A stretch of 63,917 bases of DNA, counting the filler, from Octopus bimaculoides (lineage: Eukaryota), in NCBI RefSeq assembly GCF_001194135.2. It is 7 parts of 7 records of this genome, joined end to end, with 100 filler letters (N's around TTAATTAATTAA, not from the genome) between each part and the next. Parts side by side here need not be neighbours in the genome. Positions count along the whole stretch, not along the records: positions 1 to 6,969 come from NC_069003.1; positions 7,070 to 29,931 come from NC_068984.1; 5 more parts are not named here. One strand, given 5' to 3'. Below, in pieces: positions 1 to 12,340 of this stretch. Under the pieces are notes generated by a model. The model was not told where the DNA came from. It ran no database searches and worked only from the letters and a program-made list of their open reading frames with translations. The position numbers were made by a program, and so were the translations under genes. The stretch's first letter is position 1, and each line of letters begins with the position of its first letter.

Positions 1-62
<62 letters not shown>

Positions 63-84
63 TGAGGAAGAGAGAGAGAGAGAG
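1..84. repeat. (TG)n microsatellite followed by a short (AG)n tract
   Basis: Direct reading of the dinucleotide tracts. Confidence 0.98.
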
Positions 85-952
85 ATGTAGGGTATTACGG
101 TCCAAAGGTGAACTATCAGCCTGCCCGATCAAGTAAATATACTTTACATATTTCACTTTCTGTTTTACGTGTTTTCATCAAAATTTCCCAGCTTCTCAAT
201 ATTATCTCCTACATTATTTCGCCATGTCACGTTGCCTTCTGCTTCACTACAGACAATTGTCTTAAATTCTTCCACATTCAAAACTTTCGAATTTCCCATC
301 CGTCATAGCCACCACTGTTGTTTGCTTTCTAATTTCATTGCTGCATTTCATTTTTCCCGTGGCCACACAGTTGTTGTCCAGTATGCAAGAAATAGTCCTT
401 TTGTAACTACCGTCTTATCTTGCTTTACCACCAAACGATTCGAGCGTAACTTGGCATGCGTTAACTTTCAATATTTCATTTCCTGATTTACTTGTTCTGC
501 GCTTTATTACATTGTCTCTTTCTTCAATATTTTGACATACAAAATTTACTTTCGCTTGACCACATTCTCTTGTCTCAAATTCAGCCATTTTCGGCTCCGC
601 CATATTACTCAGCCTTTGTCAGTTGGTCGTGGCCTCTTCTCTTCCTTCTCTCTATCAGCGATCATTAACATTTATTTTCTTTGCTTCTTTTATTTCTTGT
701 TATTAGAACATTTAATGGTTAATAAAATAGTTTTGTTATTGAAAATATGGCTTGCATCGTTATTCTTATACATTCGGTTAATTCGAAGCTCTCTGTAGAA
801 TTCAAGCATTCAGTTAGAAGCCATTTAGAATCCTCCAGCATGCTACAAATAGCAGCTACGTATATGAAAAATGTTACTCTAGTATTTTATCTTATAGATT
901 GATAAACTTCAATATCAACACATTTTTTCCCCTCGCTAATATATGTCTCTTC

Positions 953-1161
953 AAGGCGGCGGGCTGGCAGAAACGTTAGCACGCTGGGCGAAATGCTTAG
1001 CGGTATTTCGTCTGCCCTTTCGAGGTCGACTTTGTCTTTCATCCTTTCGAGTTCGATTAAATAAGTATCAGTTACGCACTGGGGTCGATATAATCTACTT
1101 AATCACTTTGTCCTTGTTTGCCCCCTCCATGTTTTACCCCCTGTGGGCAATAAAGAAATAG
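953..1161 (+). mobile_element. tRNA-derived SINE (family B), internally deleted, with 14-bp TSD
   Basis: Head GGCGGCGGGCTGGCAGAAACGTTAGC; body GAGGTCGACTTTGTCTTTCATCCTTT...AATAAGTA shared with other copies; flanked by ATATATGTCTCTTC at 939-952 and 1162-1175. Confidence 0.85.
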
Positions 1162-1850
1162 ATATATGTCTCTTCTGAAAAGCTTAAACTTGTTCTTGCA
1201 ACATTGACTCACTGCAATTCTCCGTTTCAGAGAATCCAACATGCAGCTATTTTTCCAATGTTTAACTTTATTCTGAACAAAAACAAATAGTGTCTACAAT
1301 AACAAATTTCACTTGACTACATCGATTTGTCAAAAATTCTGCCATTTTCCCATTCTTCAACATTTTAATAAGCTGGAGCCTGCTTTTAGTTATAATAATA
1401 ATTACTTTTCATTTCTCATCAATGCATTTTGTCATTACAATTATACATTTTCTTTTTCTCCCTGTTACTCATCATTTTCCCGGTAAATTTCCTTAAAATT
1501 GCAAATTTCCTTGTCGTTTTTCTATTCTTTGCATTTTAAAAATCTTTGTGGCTCAAGTTATTCTAAAGAGAAGTATCTAAATGGATGATAACATGCTGAA
1601 AGTAGCAGTTAAGTCACTGATAAATCAAACCCTAACGTAATAAATTGTTATATTCAGAAAGGATACGCGGAAAACATTTTCATATGGTCGTTAGAAAATT
1701 TCACAGTTAACACCCAATATTGAAAACGCGCAGTCAAACTTGATTATATACCGCCTTTCAAATGTTATCTCTACATTCACATGTTCTACGCATGTATGTA
1801 AATATAAATCTATGAATACACGGGTGTATATTGTACAACATACATATTTC

Positions 1851-1985
1851 TTTCGTCCGTCTCTAAGTTCTGAGTTCGAATTCCGCCGAGGTTGACTTAG
1901 TCTTTCATCCTTAGAGGTCAGTAAAATAAGTACCAGTTACGCACTGGGGCCGATTTAATCGACTTGGTTCCTGCCCTAGCACTGC
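1851..1985 (+). mobile_element. SINE family B fragment
   Basis: B-box-like GAGTTCGAATTCC, then GAGGTTGACTTAGTCTTTCATCC...AATAAGTACCAGTTACGCACTGGGG matching the 953-1161 copy. Confidence 0.8.
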
Positions 1986-2211
1986 TGGCTTTGTACCAAA
2001 ATTGGAAATCAATATACATATGAATGTCTGTACACACACACACACACACACGCACAAACACACACACACGGACACACGCACATACACACACATACACGCA
2101 CATACACACTCACATACACACACGCACATACACGCAAACACACGCGCACACACACACATGCACACACACACAACGCGCGCGCGCGCATAGGTAGTACCAA
2201 TATATGTATCA

Positions 2212-2300
2212 GAGGCATATGGTATAGTGGTTAAGAGCGAGGGCTACTAACCTCAAGATTCCGAGTTCAATTCCAGGCAGTGACTTGAATAATATTAATG

Positions 2301-2365
<65 letters not shown>

Positions 2366-2592
2366 AAGAAGAAGAAGAAGAAGAAGAAGAAGAAGAAGAA
2401 GAAGAAGAACATCAAAAAATACCTTAGGAAGGAGAACCCAGGTTCGAAATTTCCCCAAGACACCTGATGAAGGCTGGAGGGTATATCAGCCGAAACGTTG
2501 TGTTAACAACAAACAAGATGAAGACAAATATCCGTCAAATGTAAAAAATGTAAATAACGTACATAATTCCTCATCTCTTAAATATAGAACTG
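2212..2592 (+). mobile_element. Composite element: tRNA-like head + (AAT)n(AAG)n + Penelope-like tail carrying a hammerhead motif
   Basis: A-box TGGTATAGTGG and B-box GAGTTCAATTCC at ~2219-2273; trinucleotide tracts ~2300-2408; tail with CTGATGA...CCGAAACG. Confidence 0.7.
2459..2504 (+). ncRNA. Minimal type I hammerhead ribozyme motif
   Basis: Stem I GACAC/GTGTT, core CTGATGA(+A), stem II GGCTG/CAGCC with a 10-nt loop, GAAAC-GT-T with palindromic AACGTT helix III. Confidence 0.75.
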
Positions 2593-2633
2593 TATGTTTC
2601 ACAGAGGTTCTGGGATGTGTAATCTGTGAGTTC

Positions 2634-3006
2634 TTTGACTGCGGCCGTGCTGGAGCACCGCCTAAAAGGGCTTTAGTCGAATAAATCAACCCCCAGGACT
2701 TATTCTTTGTAAGCCTAGTACTTATTCTGTTGGTCTTTTTGCCGAACCGCTAAGTTACGAGGACGTGAACACACCAATATTGATTGTCAAGCGATGGTGG
2801 GGAGACGAACACAGACACAAAGGCGCACACACATAAATATATACATACATATATATATATTATTATGACGGGCTTCTTTCAGTGTCCACCTACCAGGTCC
2901 ACTCAGGGTTTTGGTCGGCCTGAAGCTATACTAGGAGACGTTTGTCCAAGGGGCCACGCAGTGGAAGTGAACCTGGAAGCAAGCTTCTTACCACACAGCC
3001 ATGCCT
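2634..3006 (-). mobile_element. tRNA-derived SINE (family A)
   Basis: Reverse complement of the consensus-like copy at 44847-45225 (GGCTGTGTGGTAAG head, GGTGCTCCAGCA..GCCGCAGTCAAA tail). Confidence 0.85.
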
Positions 3007-4249
3007 AAATAATTATGAAAGATGGTATAAATACTCGTAGTTGGATATTAAACGTTGGATATTAAGCGCTGGATATTAAACTAGCTTGCGAGTTCAAATC
3101 ATAATGGAGCCAGGATATTTGAACCTATCTGTCACTTCATTGCTAAAATATATTCGTGTTTTGCTTTCTTTTTATAGATTTAGTAATTTAAGTTTCCACA
3201 ATTCTCGTATTGCTCTAATTCTGATTAAAGATTGAATTGCAGTGAAATGCTAATTAAAAAAACAAACTTATCGCTGTTTTCTCATTCGTGAAAATAATTG
3301 CGTTGTTATAATTCGAAATTTTTAACGAAAACAAAAATAAGAAAATGAAGACCAACAAAACAAGCAGCAGCAACAATAAGAAAAGTGAATGAAAAATTCT
3401 GCTGAATCTAAAGTATACCAATATGTTAGGAAAATAATACTTAAAAACACACAGATACACAATACACACGCACACACATAACACAAACTCGTACACATAT
3501 GCACGTATTTGCTTTCTTGTGTTTGCGTGTAAGTTTGTAAATATTTTGTCGTTTCTGCGCGGGTGGGTTAAGACGCAGGCGTTTCGTTTGTGTGTAGGTG
3601 TGTATGTACGTACGTGTGGGCGTACTTGTAAACGTGTATACTGATTTCTGTTTTTCATTGGTTAATTAATGGGTGGTCAACAAATTATTATTCCTTTCTT
3701 TTTATATCTATCTATATAACTGTCTAGTTATCTTTCTAACGATTTATCCATCTATCTATTTCTCTCGATATATAGTAATAACAATAATCTTTGGATGGAA
3801 TTTATTAACATTTTAATGTATCACTGCGCGCCTTTCCACAAATCACATGTCTTTTAAGATCACACTCCGTATCCTGGGATGATTAAAGTGTAGTCTGTAC
3901 TATCCGTGGGCATCGATTCAAGGATTCATTTCATCAGGCGATATAACATTAGTAGATGTTTATCTGAGGGTTGTTTATCTCTTTGGGCAAGTGAGAAGGT
4001 TGATTGAGTTATGTCAGTACTTCTGTGTGTATTTGGTAAGGAGAAGAGGAAGGTGATAGAAAGTGAGAAAGGAACGGTAGTTATATGGGGATGGAGGTGG
4101 GTGTGCGGTGTTACACTTACTTTGCTATTCAGTCTGAAGATGTCAAGGATAGGTAGTACATTCCATTGTTCGATCTCATTTAGGGCTTCACTATTTTCAA
4201 TGGAATCTGAAGCAAACAGGTTAGCAGGTAGTAGTGGATGTGCTGTGTC

Positions 4250-4660
4250 TAAGACCCAAAATTTCACTCACACCACAAGACCCCTTTTAATGAACAGCAC
4301 ATGGAATCTACGTCTCCACACTTTCCATTTTTAATGACAAAATATGAACTCCAATCGGAATTTACATACCATGGACAAAAAGCATTTCTATCACTTTTAC
4401 ACACCACTTCCCTTGGATAATGGAACTACATACAACTGTAACACCATACATATATTTTTATTTTTACTTTTATTCTCTTATTTCCTTTTATACTTCTTAT
4501 TTCCATCCTCTTTCAAAGTAACTCATATGTTGAACTCTACTATTTCTTTCTATGTAACCATCTCACATCGTCTCTGACGAAGGGATATCCCTAATATACC
4601 AGAAAGAGCTGTAAGACTAACTTTCTCTTCATAAATGACCTGACAATTCCACACAGCCAT
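4250..4660 (+). mobile_element. Penelope-like element 3' remnant
   Basis: Ends in a hammerhead-like CTGACGA...GAAAGAGCTGTA motif; the preceding pyrimidine-rich UTR and FYHFYTPLP-like reading resemble a decayed GIY-YIG C-terminus. Confidence 0.5.
4570..4617 (+). ncRNA. Degenerate hammerhead ribozyme motif
   Basis: Stem I GTCT/AGAC, core CTGACGA, GAAA, near-palindromic helix III AGAGCTGT (one change from ACAGCTGT), GTA cleavage triplet. Confidence 0.55.
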
Positions 4661-4869
4661 GGTTTTCTAGCCTCAGTTTATTTAACACATACACATAGAT
4701 AGGTAGGTAGATACATAGATAGATAGATCCACACGCACACACTCTAGCATACACACACGCACGCGCACCTTCGTCTTGGGATCACCAGTACTTTATTATC
4801 TCCCCTTCTTCTTAACTGTCTTGTCTAACTACCTTTGTCCAGCCAGTTGCCATGATTGACCGCTAACTC

Positions 4870-5050
4870 CAATTTTCTTTTTCTTTCTGTTTTCTTATTC
4901 TCTCTCTGTTTATTTCGTCGTTTTCCTTACTGGTGAAGAGCGTAGGCTTGAAACGTAAAACGCTTTCTCACCTTCCCGAGCGTCAAACTAATACACCTGC
5001 TTGTTGTTTATACACCTGACTTCGTCTTTTGTTTTTCTGTAAAGTTCAGC
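4870..5050 (+). mobile_element. Penelope-like tail repeat (second copy at 45640-45800)
   Basis: GAAGAGCGTAGGCT(T/C)GAAACGT...TTCCCGAGCGT..ACTAATACA is shared between the two copies. Confidence 0.65.
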
Positions 5051-5135
5051 TATGCACATACACACACACATACGCACACACACATACACACACACGCACA
5101 CACATATATATATTCTTATTCTTTTATTCCTTTAA

Positions 5136-5358
5136 ATGTTTCAGTCATTTGACTGCGGCCATGCTGGAGCACCGCCTTTAGTCGAACAGATCGACTCCGG
5201 GGCTTATTCTTTGTAAGCCTAATACTTATTCTGTTGATATTTTTTGCAGAACCGCTGAGTTACGGGGGACGTAAACACACCAATATCGGTTGCCAAACGA
5301 TGGCAGGGGTGGGGACAAACACGCACACACAAGCATATACATGTACACACACACACAC

Positions 5359-5428
<70 letters not shown>

Positions 5429-5466
5429 GACGGGCTTTTTTCAATTTCCGTCTACCAAATCCACTC
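5136..5466 (-). mobile_element. SINE family A, 5'-truncated, with expanded internal (TA)n
   Basis: TTTCAGTCATTTGACTGCGGCCATGCTGGAGCACCGCC tail and GTCTACCAAATCCACTCAC body. Confidence 0.85.
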
Positions 5467-6909
5467 ACACGTCAATATTATGATACAGTTTAATATGTAT
5501 AAATGTTCAGGGACGTATGTATATATACGGACATACACATATACAAAAGTACATGCATACATGTGTATCTATACATACTACATATATGACTGTACGTATC
5601 TTAGTGTCTGTGTGTGAGTTGCTTTGTATACATGTATGTACATCTATGAAGACACATATGCATCTTTGTCATATCTCAGCTTACACGTCCTCACCTATAG
5701 CAAAAACCTTATGTGAATTGAAGCTACTTATCTCGCATGTTTGAGTGCCTATTATTTATCTGGAGTTTAGGGAATAGCATATGATTTGATTCTGAAGTAT
5801 AATTGTATATATCAGAATTTTCCAGTTGGCTTTGACAAGTGAGTTAGAAAACTTCAAATCTTAATATTAGATGATAGTAAAGTACAGTAGTTTCTATTAA
5901 TGTTACGAAATGAACGTGGGTGTTGATGAAATCTCATCGTGGTGAAGCCAATATAAGGAAGTGCGATACAATTGGGTATGACTAGTTCTTTCACGTAGCA
6001 ATTTTCTTGGATTTGACAGGTATAAGTATTGGTACAGTTACAGTAAAGGGAATTTTAGTCAGCATAATGGCATTTTTTTCTAATTTCCAGAAGCTATACA
6101 CAGTAATTAATTTGGCAAAACTACTTATAATAAAACAGGAAATTTATAATATTTTGATTCACCATATGCCAGTTGACCGAAATAATATCTAATTCCCTGA
6201 TTTACTCTTTTTTTTTTTTGCTTTGGTTTAGTTATTTATGATAGTGAAGGCGCGTGGCCTAATAGTTAAGGGATTGGGTTGGTGATCCTTTACCGTGTTG
6301 TGCGTTGTGTTCATGTTGCTCCATTCTTCTCAGTAGAAAATGGAAATGAACCGCTCTCTCCTTCCAGTTGTTACATCCTTGATATATTCCGCTGTATCAA
6401 GTGTAGTTGATTCGAGAGGGTATCAATGTCCGCTCACGACTACGTAAATAACAAAGAATTTGCAAAATCATGATACAAACAAATAAATCATACTGATTTT
6501 CTGGAGGACAGTTAAGCCTTTTTAAGTTTATGGTATTTATGTTCAGGAGGGAAATGTTCGAAAATAATGTGAACAAATGTTTGGCTCTCAGGGTAAAGCC
6601 TTCCGGTTTAAAGGATGGATTAATCTAATGACGCATCATTTCCAGTGTTTAGTGAGTTATGCATATGTATTGTGGTTACATTGTGCTTCTTTAGAAAATC
6701 CACCTGCTCTAAGTGCTTTATAATAGCTTACTGATCTTTCAATTATTATTTACTCCTTAGATTCTACAGAAAGATGTTTTAAGGAATTTTAAAAATCAAA
6801 TTGTTGACAATAATTTTAAGATTTATTGATATCGCGTCTGTTCATCGGGCTTTTTATGGAGAATTATCTAAGTGCAAAATAAGATCAAGGGAATATATGT
6901 ATGTATGTA

Positions 6910-6969
<60 letters not shown>

Positions 6970-7013
6970 NNNNNNNNNNNNNNNNNNNNNNNNNNNNNNN
7001 NNNNNNNNNNNNN

Positions 7014-7025
7014 TTAATTAATTAA
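7014..7025. other. Assembly linker TTAATTAATTAA inside 44N+12+44N (also at 29976, 41074, 50538, 60012, 62465)
   Basis: Identical six-frame-stop 12-mer centred in N runs, six times. Confidence 0.95.
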
Positions 7026-7069
7026 NNNNNNNNNNNNNNNNNNNNNNNNNNNNNNNNNNNNNNNNNNNN

Positions 7070-7121
<52 letters not shown>

Positions 7122-7947
7122 AGTATGTATTGTATATATATATGCATATATGTGTGTGCATGTGTTGTATAGTTTGTATTATCTTTGTTGAATTTGGTTC
7201 AATGAAAGTGGACAACTTAAATATTGAGTAACCGTTTCATGATATAAATGTAAAGCGTCATGTCTTTATATTTAAAATTTGGCACAGTGAATATTTTGAC
7301 TAACATATTAGCTGAAACAATCATCAGATGAAGTTTTAAACGAAGGCATATACATATATACATACATTTTTTGTATCACCATCATCATCATCATGATACA
7401 AAAAAAGTATATATTCATGTGTGAATGTGTATGTATATGCACATACACACAGATTATTCTTAAATTCATACCATTATTTGATTATCTACAAAACTAGCTG
7501 TTTCTCAACTACAAATGGATGACGTATAAGAACATATCTACATATGTGATAATTCAACAATCTTCACAGAAAAGTTTTGAATACACATTAAGCTATATGT
7601 GTATATGTTCAACTGCTTGATACTCATTACTATGGTGACCTACTGAAATATAATTTTATTTCAGTGATGCATAAAAATGAGAAGAATATAGTGCAAGTAT
7701 TATGTAGGATGTGTGCTTGCGTATATATGTGTATACATATATCCATTCGTGTATACATGTGTACATATGCTCTTTGTCAACATCAACATAAATAGTATCA
7801 TATTTTGTCATATTTTCTTTGATATACGTATATATATATATATATATATATATGCACATGTATATTTTTCTGTATCACACATACATACACATATGTATGT
7901 GTGATACTCACACATACATACATATGTATACTCACACATACTCACAC

Positions 7948-8010
<63 letters not shown>

Positions 8011-8204
8011 AATATATATATACACACACACATACATATATATATATTTATATATATGTGTATATATACACAAGAAGGGGAGGGAGAATATGTAAATTAT
8101 TCTTTATTATATAAATATATGATACAGAGTATTTTAATTCATTTAAATACATATGCCTTTGGAAAAATCTTATCTGTTTTCAAAACAACAAGATTAACCA
8201 AAGA

Positions 8205-8248
<44 letters not shown>

Positions 8249-8818
8249 ACACACACATACATACACTGAGATATAAATGCACACATATTAGTTAATCAGG
8301 TTTGCGTCTGAGAAACTTAGTATGTAATTTTATAAGTACTTATTATAAAACTTCTTCTCGTGTCATGAACAGATTGCAAAATTAAATTACAAAGGAAAAA
8401 AAATATCCAAAATATAATACGAAAAAAAAAGTAATAAAATGTTTAAAATAAGCAGCTGCAATGATACTGATACCAAATACAACAACAAATTTAACAAAAA
8501 TTAAATTAAATTACCAATTAAAACCAAGACAATAGAAAGAAATATCGAGGTAGTTGTTAGATTGTTATTTGAATTGGTAAGCATTACAAGCAAATAACTG
8601 TACAGAAAGAGAGAAATTCTTTGCCACTAAGTCAATCTTTAACCAACAGTCAATCAATCAAAATTTATTTTGATTATAGAAGTATGATAAAGATATTTGA
8701 TTGATGGACTTTTCTTAATGAGAAACATCTATCAATGAGTGATTAGCCCTGTTAATTAAATACTAAAACATCTTAGAGGAGTTGTTTATACCACTTCTTC
8801 AGAAAGTTAAATATAGTT

Positions 8819-9170
8819 GCAGGTATGGCTATGTGGTAAGAAGTTTACTTCCCAACCACATGCTTCCAGGTTCAGTCCCACTGCATGGCACCTTAGGCAA
8901 GTGTCTTCTACTATAGCATTGGGCCAACCAAAACCTTGTGAGTGGATTTGGTAGGTTTAGGTAGGTGAAAGTAAACTAAAAGGAGCCTGTTGTATATATC
9001 TATGTGTGTGTGTGTCTGTGTCCAACCAATTCTTGATAACCGGTGTTGATGCGTTTACATCACTGTAACTTAAATGTTTGGCAAAAGAGACCGGTAGAAT
9101 AAGCAAATGGGACTAAAAATTTTTCAACGTGGTGCCCTAGCATGGCCAGAGACTGAAACAAGTAAAAGAG
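8819..9170 (+). mobile_element. SINE family A, CpG-decayed
   Basis: GGCTATGTGGTAAGAAG...CCACTGCATGGCACCTTAGGCAAGTG...GACTGAAACAAGTAAAAG. Confidence 0.85.
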
Positions 9171-9184
9171 AGACTATAAAAGAT

Positions 9185-11070
9185 AGCCTTTAAGCTAACT
9201 TCTTTCATGCAGTCATAAATCTGAACAACTAGCTTTGATACTAACATCGGTTTTATATACTGAAATACCTTTTGTTGTTGGATCCTTCATGAAAATGGGA
9301 CAGCACATTTATGAATGATTCAAACAATGACATTTGGTGTGATTAATGATCATAGAAATTAATGAGTCTGAGAAAAGATTCTAATTGCTTCTTGACCTAT
9401 GGTCATTTATACTTTAGAGTTTTCACTACTAAACGATGATCTAGCGATATACCCTTCTTTTTCAGTCTATACTGCCAAAAGATAATCCATCAACCTCTAG
9501 AATAGATTTAACTTGATTGGTCATTCATATCTGACAATTCCAACCTATTTATCATCTTATCTACCTTGATATATAGATTTTCAACAGTTTTAGCACCAAT
9601 ACATCTTGATAAATAGTAATATTATTTATGCCATCTCCAGCAACATGTTCACTTATTCTTTGAAATAGTGCTGGCTGTTTTAATTCTACATTGAAAACAT
9701 GTGTATCTTAGAAGATACATTGGTGTATATACTGTAGCAATAACCTCTCTTACTTCAGAAGCATTTCTATCTGATACTAAATCCCCTTTAAATACAATTT
9801 ACTAGAAACAGAACAAAATATTGATTCGGCAGCTAGAATCTGATAAGAACCTGAACAAATTCTTTCATTTATAGCCATTTTATAGTTTCCACATATTCTG
9901 AGATCTCTGTCTGTCTTTCACACAACCACTAAATGAAAAGTCCATTTACTCCCTCTGGGAGGAACTCTATTAATTAGTTTCCTTAGCTTTGCTAATGGTT
10001 TAATGTGCATTGCATTGGTTGGGTCTCAAAATAACATGGCCTGATATTTCCTTGGCAAAGAATGTTAGTCTTAAAACCTCTTAATCTCTCAAATTGCCCT
10101 GGAGCTTCAATCTCATGTATTAATGTTTCACTGTCAATATTCATCACAGCCATACCAAGAAAGCCATGATTTCTTTTTATATTCAGCAACAATAACATTC
10201 ACAACCTATATTCTCTTAACAGTTTCCATTAATGCTTCAAATTTTTCCTAAAATCTCAATGAGTAACCCACCAAATTATTTTAGTTTAGAGATCACATTT
10301 TCTTAATTTTGGTTCATTCAAGCCCATTCAAAACTCCTCAGGTATTTATAATTGCATAACTGCCAGTGTCAATTTGCATTTTAAAGTTATTATTATCAAG
10401 TTTTACATTAACCATTAATCATTCACATTAATAATTTTTTAAAACCAATTTCATTAATAATTTCAGAATCTTCCACTTTAATATTCCCAGTGTTTGTATT
10501 TTCCAGATTTAAGTGCAGCCTTAAATGGATTCTTTGTTGAACACATAATACAAGTTTTACCAAATGCAGGACATTTTGATTGTACTTGCTTATATCCACA
10601 AAGCACCAGCTATAATCAGATTTCTACATGTTTCTATCAACAAATGGCACAATGATATTATTAAGGTTTTTTCCTACATTTTCTTCTTTTTTGCCCACCA
10701 CCCCAATCATCCGGAACATAGAAAGCATTTCTTATTGTTGAAAGAATTCAATATTGCATTGAGTTTCTGATCACCTGATTGAAGATATTCTAAAGCCTTG
10801 ATGTGATGCTTGGATGATTGTATGCTCTCTATAAATCTTATTTCAATCAAATCCTCTTTCATACTTTGTCCTTTAGTTCCAATTTTATCAAGTTAACAAA
10901 ATCACTTTGATTCACATCGTCTTTGAGAATAACCTTGAATTGATTCTGTAACATATTGATGCTGCAATAAGAATCTCACTCTTCCAGCAATTATCCATTT
11001 TTTAAAGGAATGAACTGATGACATTATTAAAGATCTTATTCTATTAAAATTCATTGTTTCAAATGCAAGA
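9185..11070 (-). mobile_element. Degenerate Ty3/Gypsy LTR retrotransposon gag-pol remnant
   Basis: Minus-strand motifs in the expected order: CCHC-like KCPAFGKTC (~10515-10580), LRGFKTNIL..RPCYF (~10030-10090), RT VVV*KTDRDLRICGNYK (~9880-9930), IYQD (~9605), KKQLESFLRLINFY (~9350-9400); many stops and frameshifts. Confidence 0.8.
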
Positions 11071-11089
11071 AGTTTTGCTATTATTTTCT

Positions 11090-11740
11090 AGCTTTTACCT
11101 GTTTCAGTTATTGAACTGTAGCCATCCTAGACAACAATTATGTAGAGTTTTAGTCAAATGAATCAACTCCAATACATTTTTTTAAAGTCTGGTATTTACT
11201 CCATCAGTCTCTTTTGTTGATTACAAAATAACAGGGATGTAAACAAACCAGCACTGGTTGTCAGGTAGTGTGTGCCTCTTTCCTTCTATTACATTCTAAC
11301 CTCTTAACTGGCACAAAGACACCTCCCTCAGTACCATTCCCTCTCCTAGCTTAGAGGTCTTTGTCTTCCATATTACTTGGTGACCCCATGCAAAAAAGCA
11401 CCAGCGCTGGTGCCACATAAAAAGCATCCAGTACACTCTAAAAGTAGTTGGTATTAGAAGGGAAATCCAGCTATAGAAACCATGCCAAAGCAGACAATGG
11501 AATCAGGTGCAGCTCTCTGGCTTATCAACCCCTGTCAAATAGTCCAACCCATGCCAGCATGGAAGACGGACATTAAATGATGATGATGATAATATACAAC
11601 GGCTCACAAATTCACTTACAAGGCACTGGTCAGCCTAGGGCTATAGTAGAAGACACTTGTCCAACATGTTGCTGTGGGACTGAACCCAAAACCACATGGT
11701 TACAAAGTGAACTTTTTAACCACACAGCCATGCCTGCACC
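11090..11740 (-). mobile_element. SINE family A split into 3' (11090-11285) and 5' (11600-11740) halves by an inserted LINE tail
   Basis: Both halves match family A on the minus strand; the 11385-11590 insert is a different repeat. Confidence 0.6.
11385..11590 (+). mobile_element. LINE 3' end with (GAT)n tail, probably RTE-related (second copy 12380-12630)
   Basis: CCATGCCAGCATGGAA.AC.GA..TTAAATGATGATGAT terminus and AAAAAGCACC subrepeats shared by both copies; clade assignment is inference. Confidence 0.6.
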
Positions 11741-12109
11741 TATCTTAACATTTTATGTGGACATCATACCTGCTTTAGTTAAAAAACAAATGCGCTATTT
11801 TTTGTGTTTTTTTCTTATCATTCATGTCCAGAAGATCTTTCATTCTTGCTGTAGCAGCAAAACATCACATCCACCCCTGTGTTATATTTGGGTTATTCAG
11901 TGGAAGTTCATTCTTATTAACTGGTGACGCCATTATCATGTCATATAGCATTTATCTAGAAGCAGTTGCATGCATTCCTTTACATTCTTAAGTTTTATTT
12001 AACTGAATGACCAGTTATTACATCAAACTTGCAACCTCCTAAAATAGATCCAATCACATGCAAGCATGCAAATGCATGCAATAATAATTGTACAAGGACA
12101 TTAAACAGG

Positions 12110-12340
12110 CAAAATCATTAAAGTGTCAGACAGAATGCCTGGCAGTATTTGTTCTGGCTGTGTACATTCTGGGTTCAATTCCTGCTGAATTCAATATTGC
12201 TTTTCAGCCTTCTGGTTATGTGTGATTGTTTATGAGGGGGGTCAACAACATAAAGTACTAATCAGGCACTGGGATCAATAGGACCAACTAAACCCCTCTT
12301 GTTAAAAGTGCTGGTCTTTTGGTTAAATCAGAAATAATAA
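12110..12340 (+). mobile_element. SINE family B, CpG-decayed (further decayed copies at 13425-13590 +, 20905-21075 -, 27000-27190 -)
   Basis: GGGTTCAATTCCTGCTGA..TTGCTTTTCAGCCTT and GTCAA.AA.ATAAGTAC..TCA.GCACTGGG motifs. Confidence 0.65.

Noticed and set aside
108-620. Minus-strand MAEPKMAEF... reading with a diverged echo at ~1290-1360, possibly a LINE ORF1 remnant
   Set aside because: Many stops and no diagnostic motif that I could confirm by eye
1911-2684. ORFs of poly-CV, poly-HT, poly-K/R/N/F
   Set aside because: Translations of (CA)n, (AAT)n and (AAG)n microsatellites. The same applies to the YI/HT/CV-rich ORFs elsewhere and to all ORFs that span N gaps.
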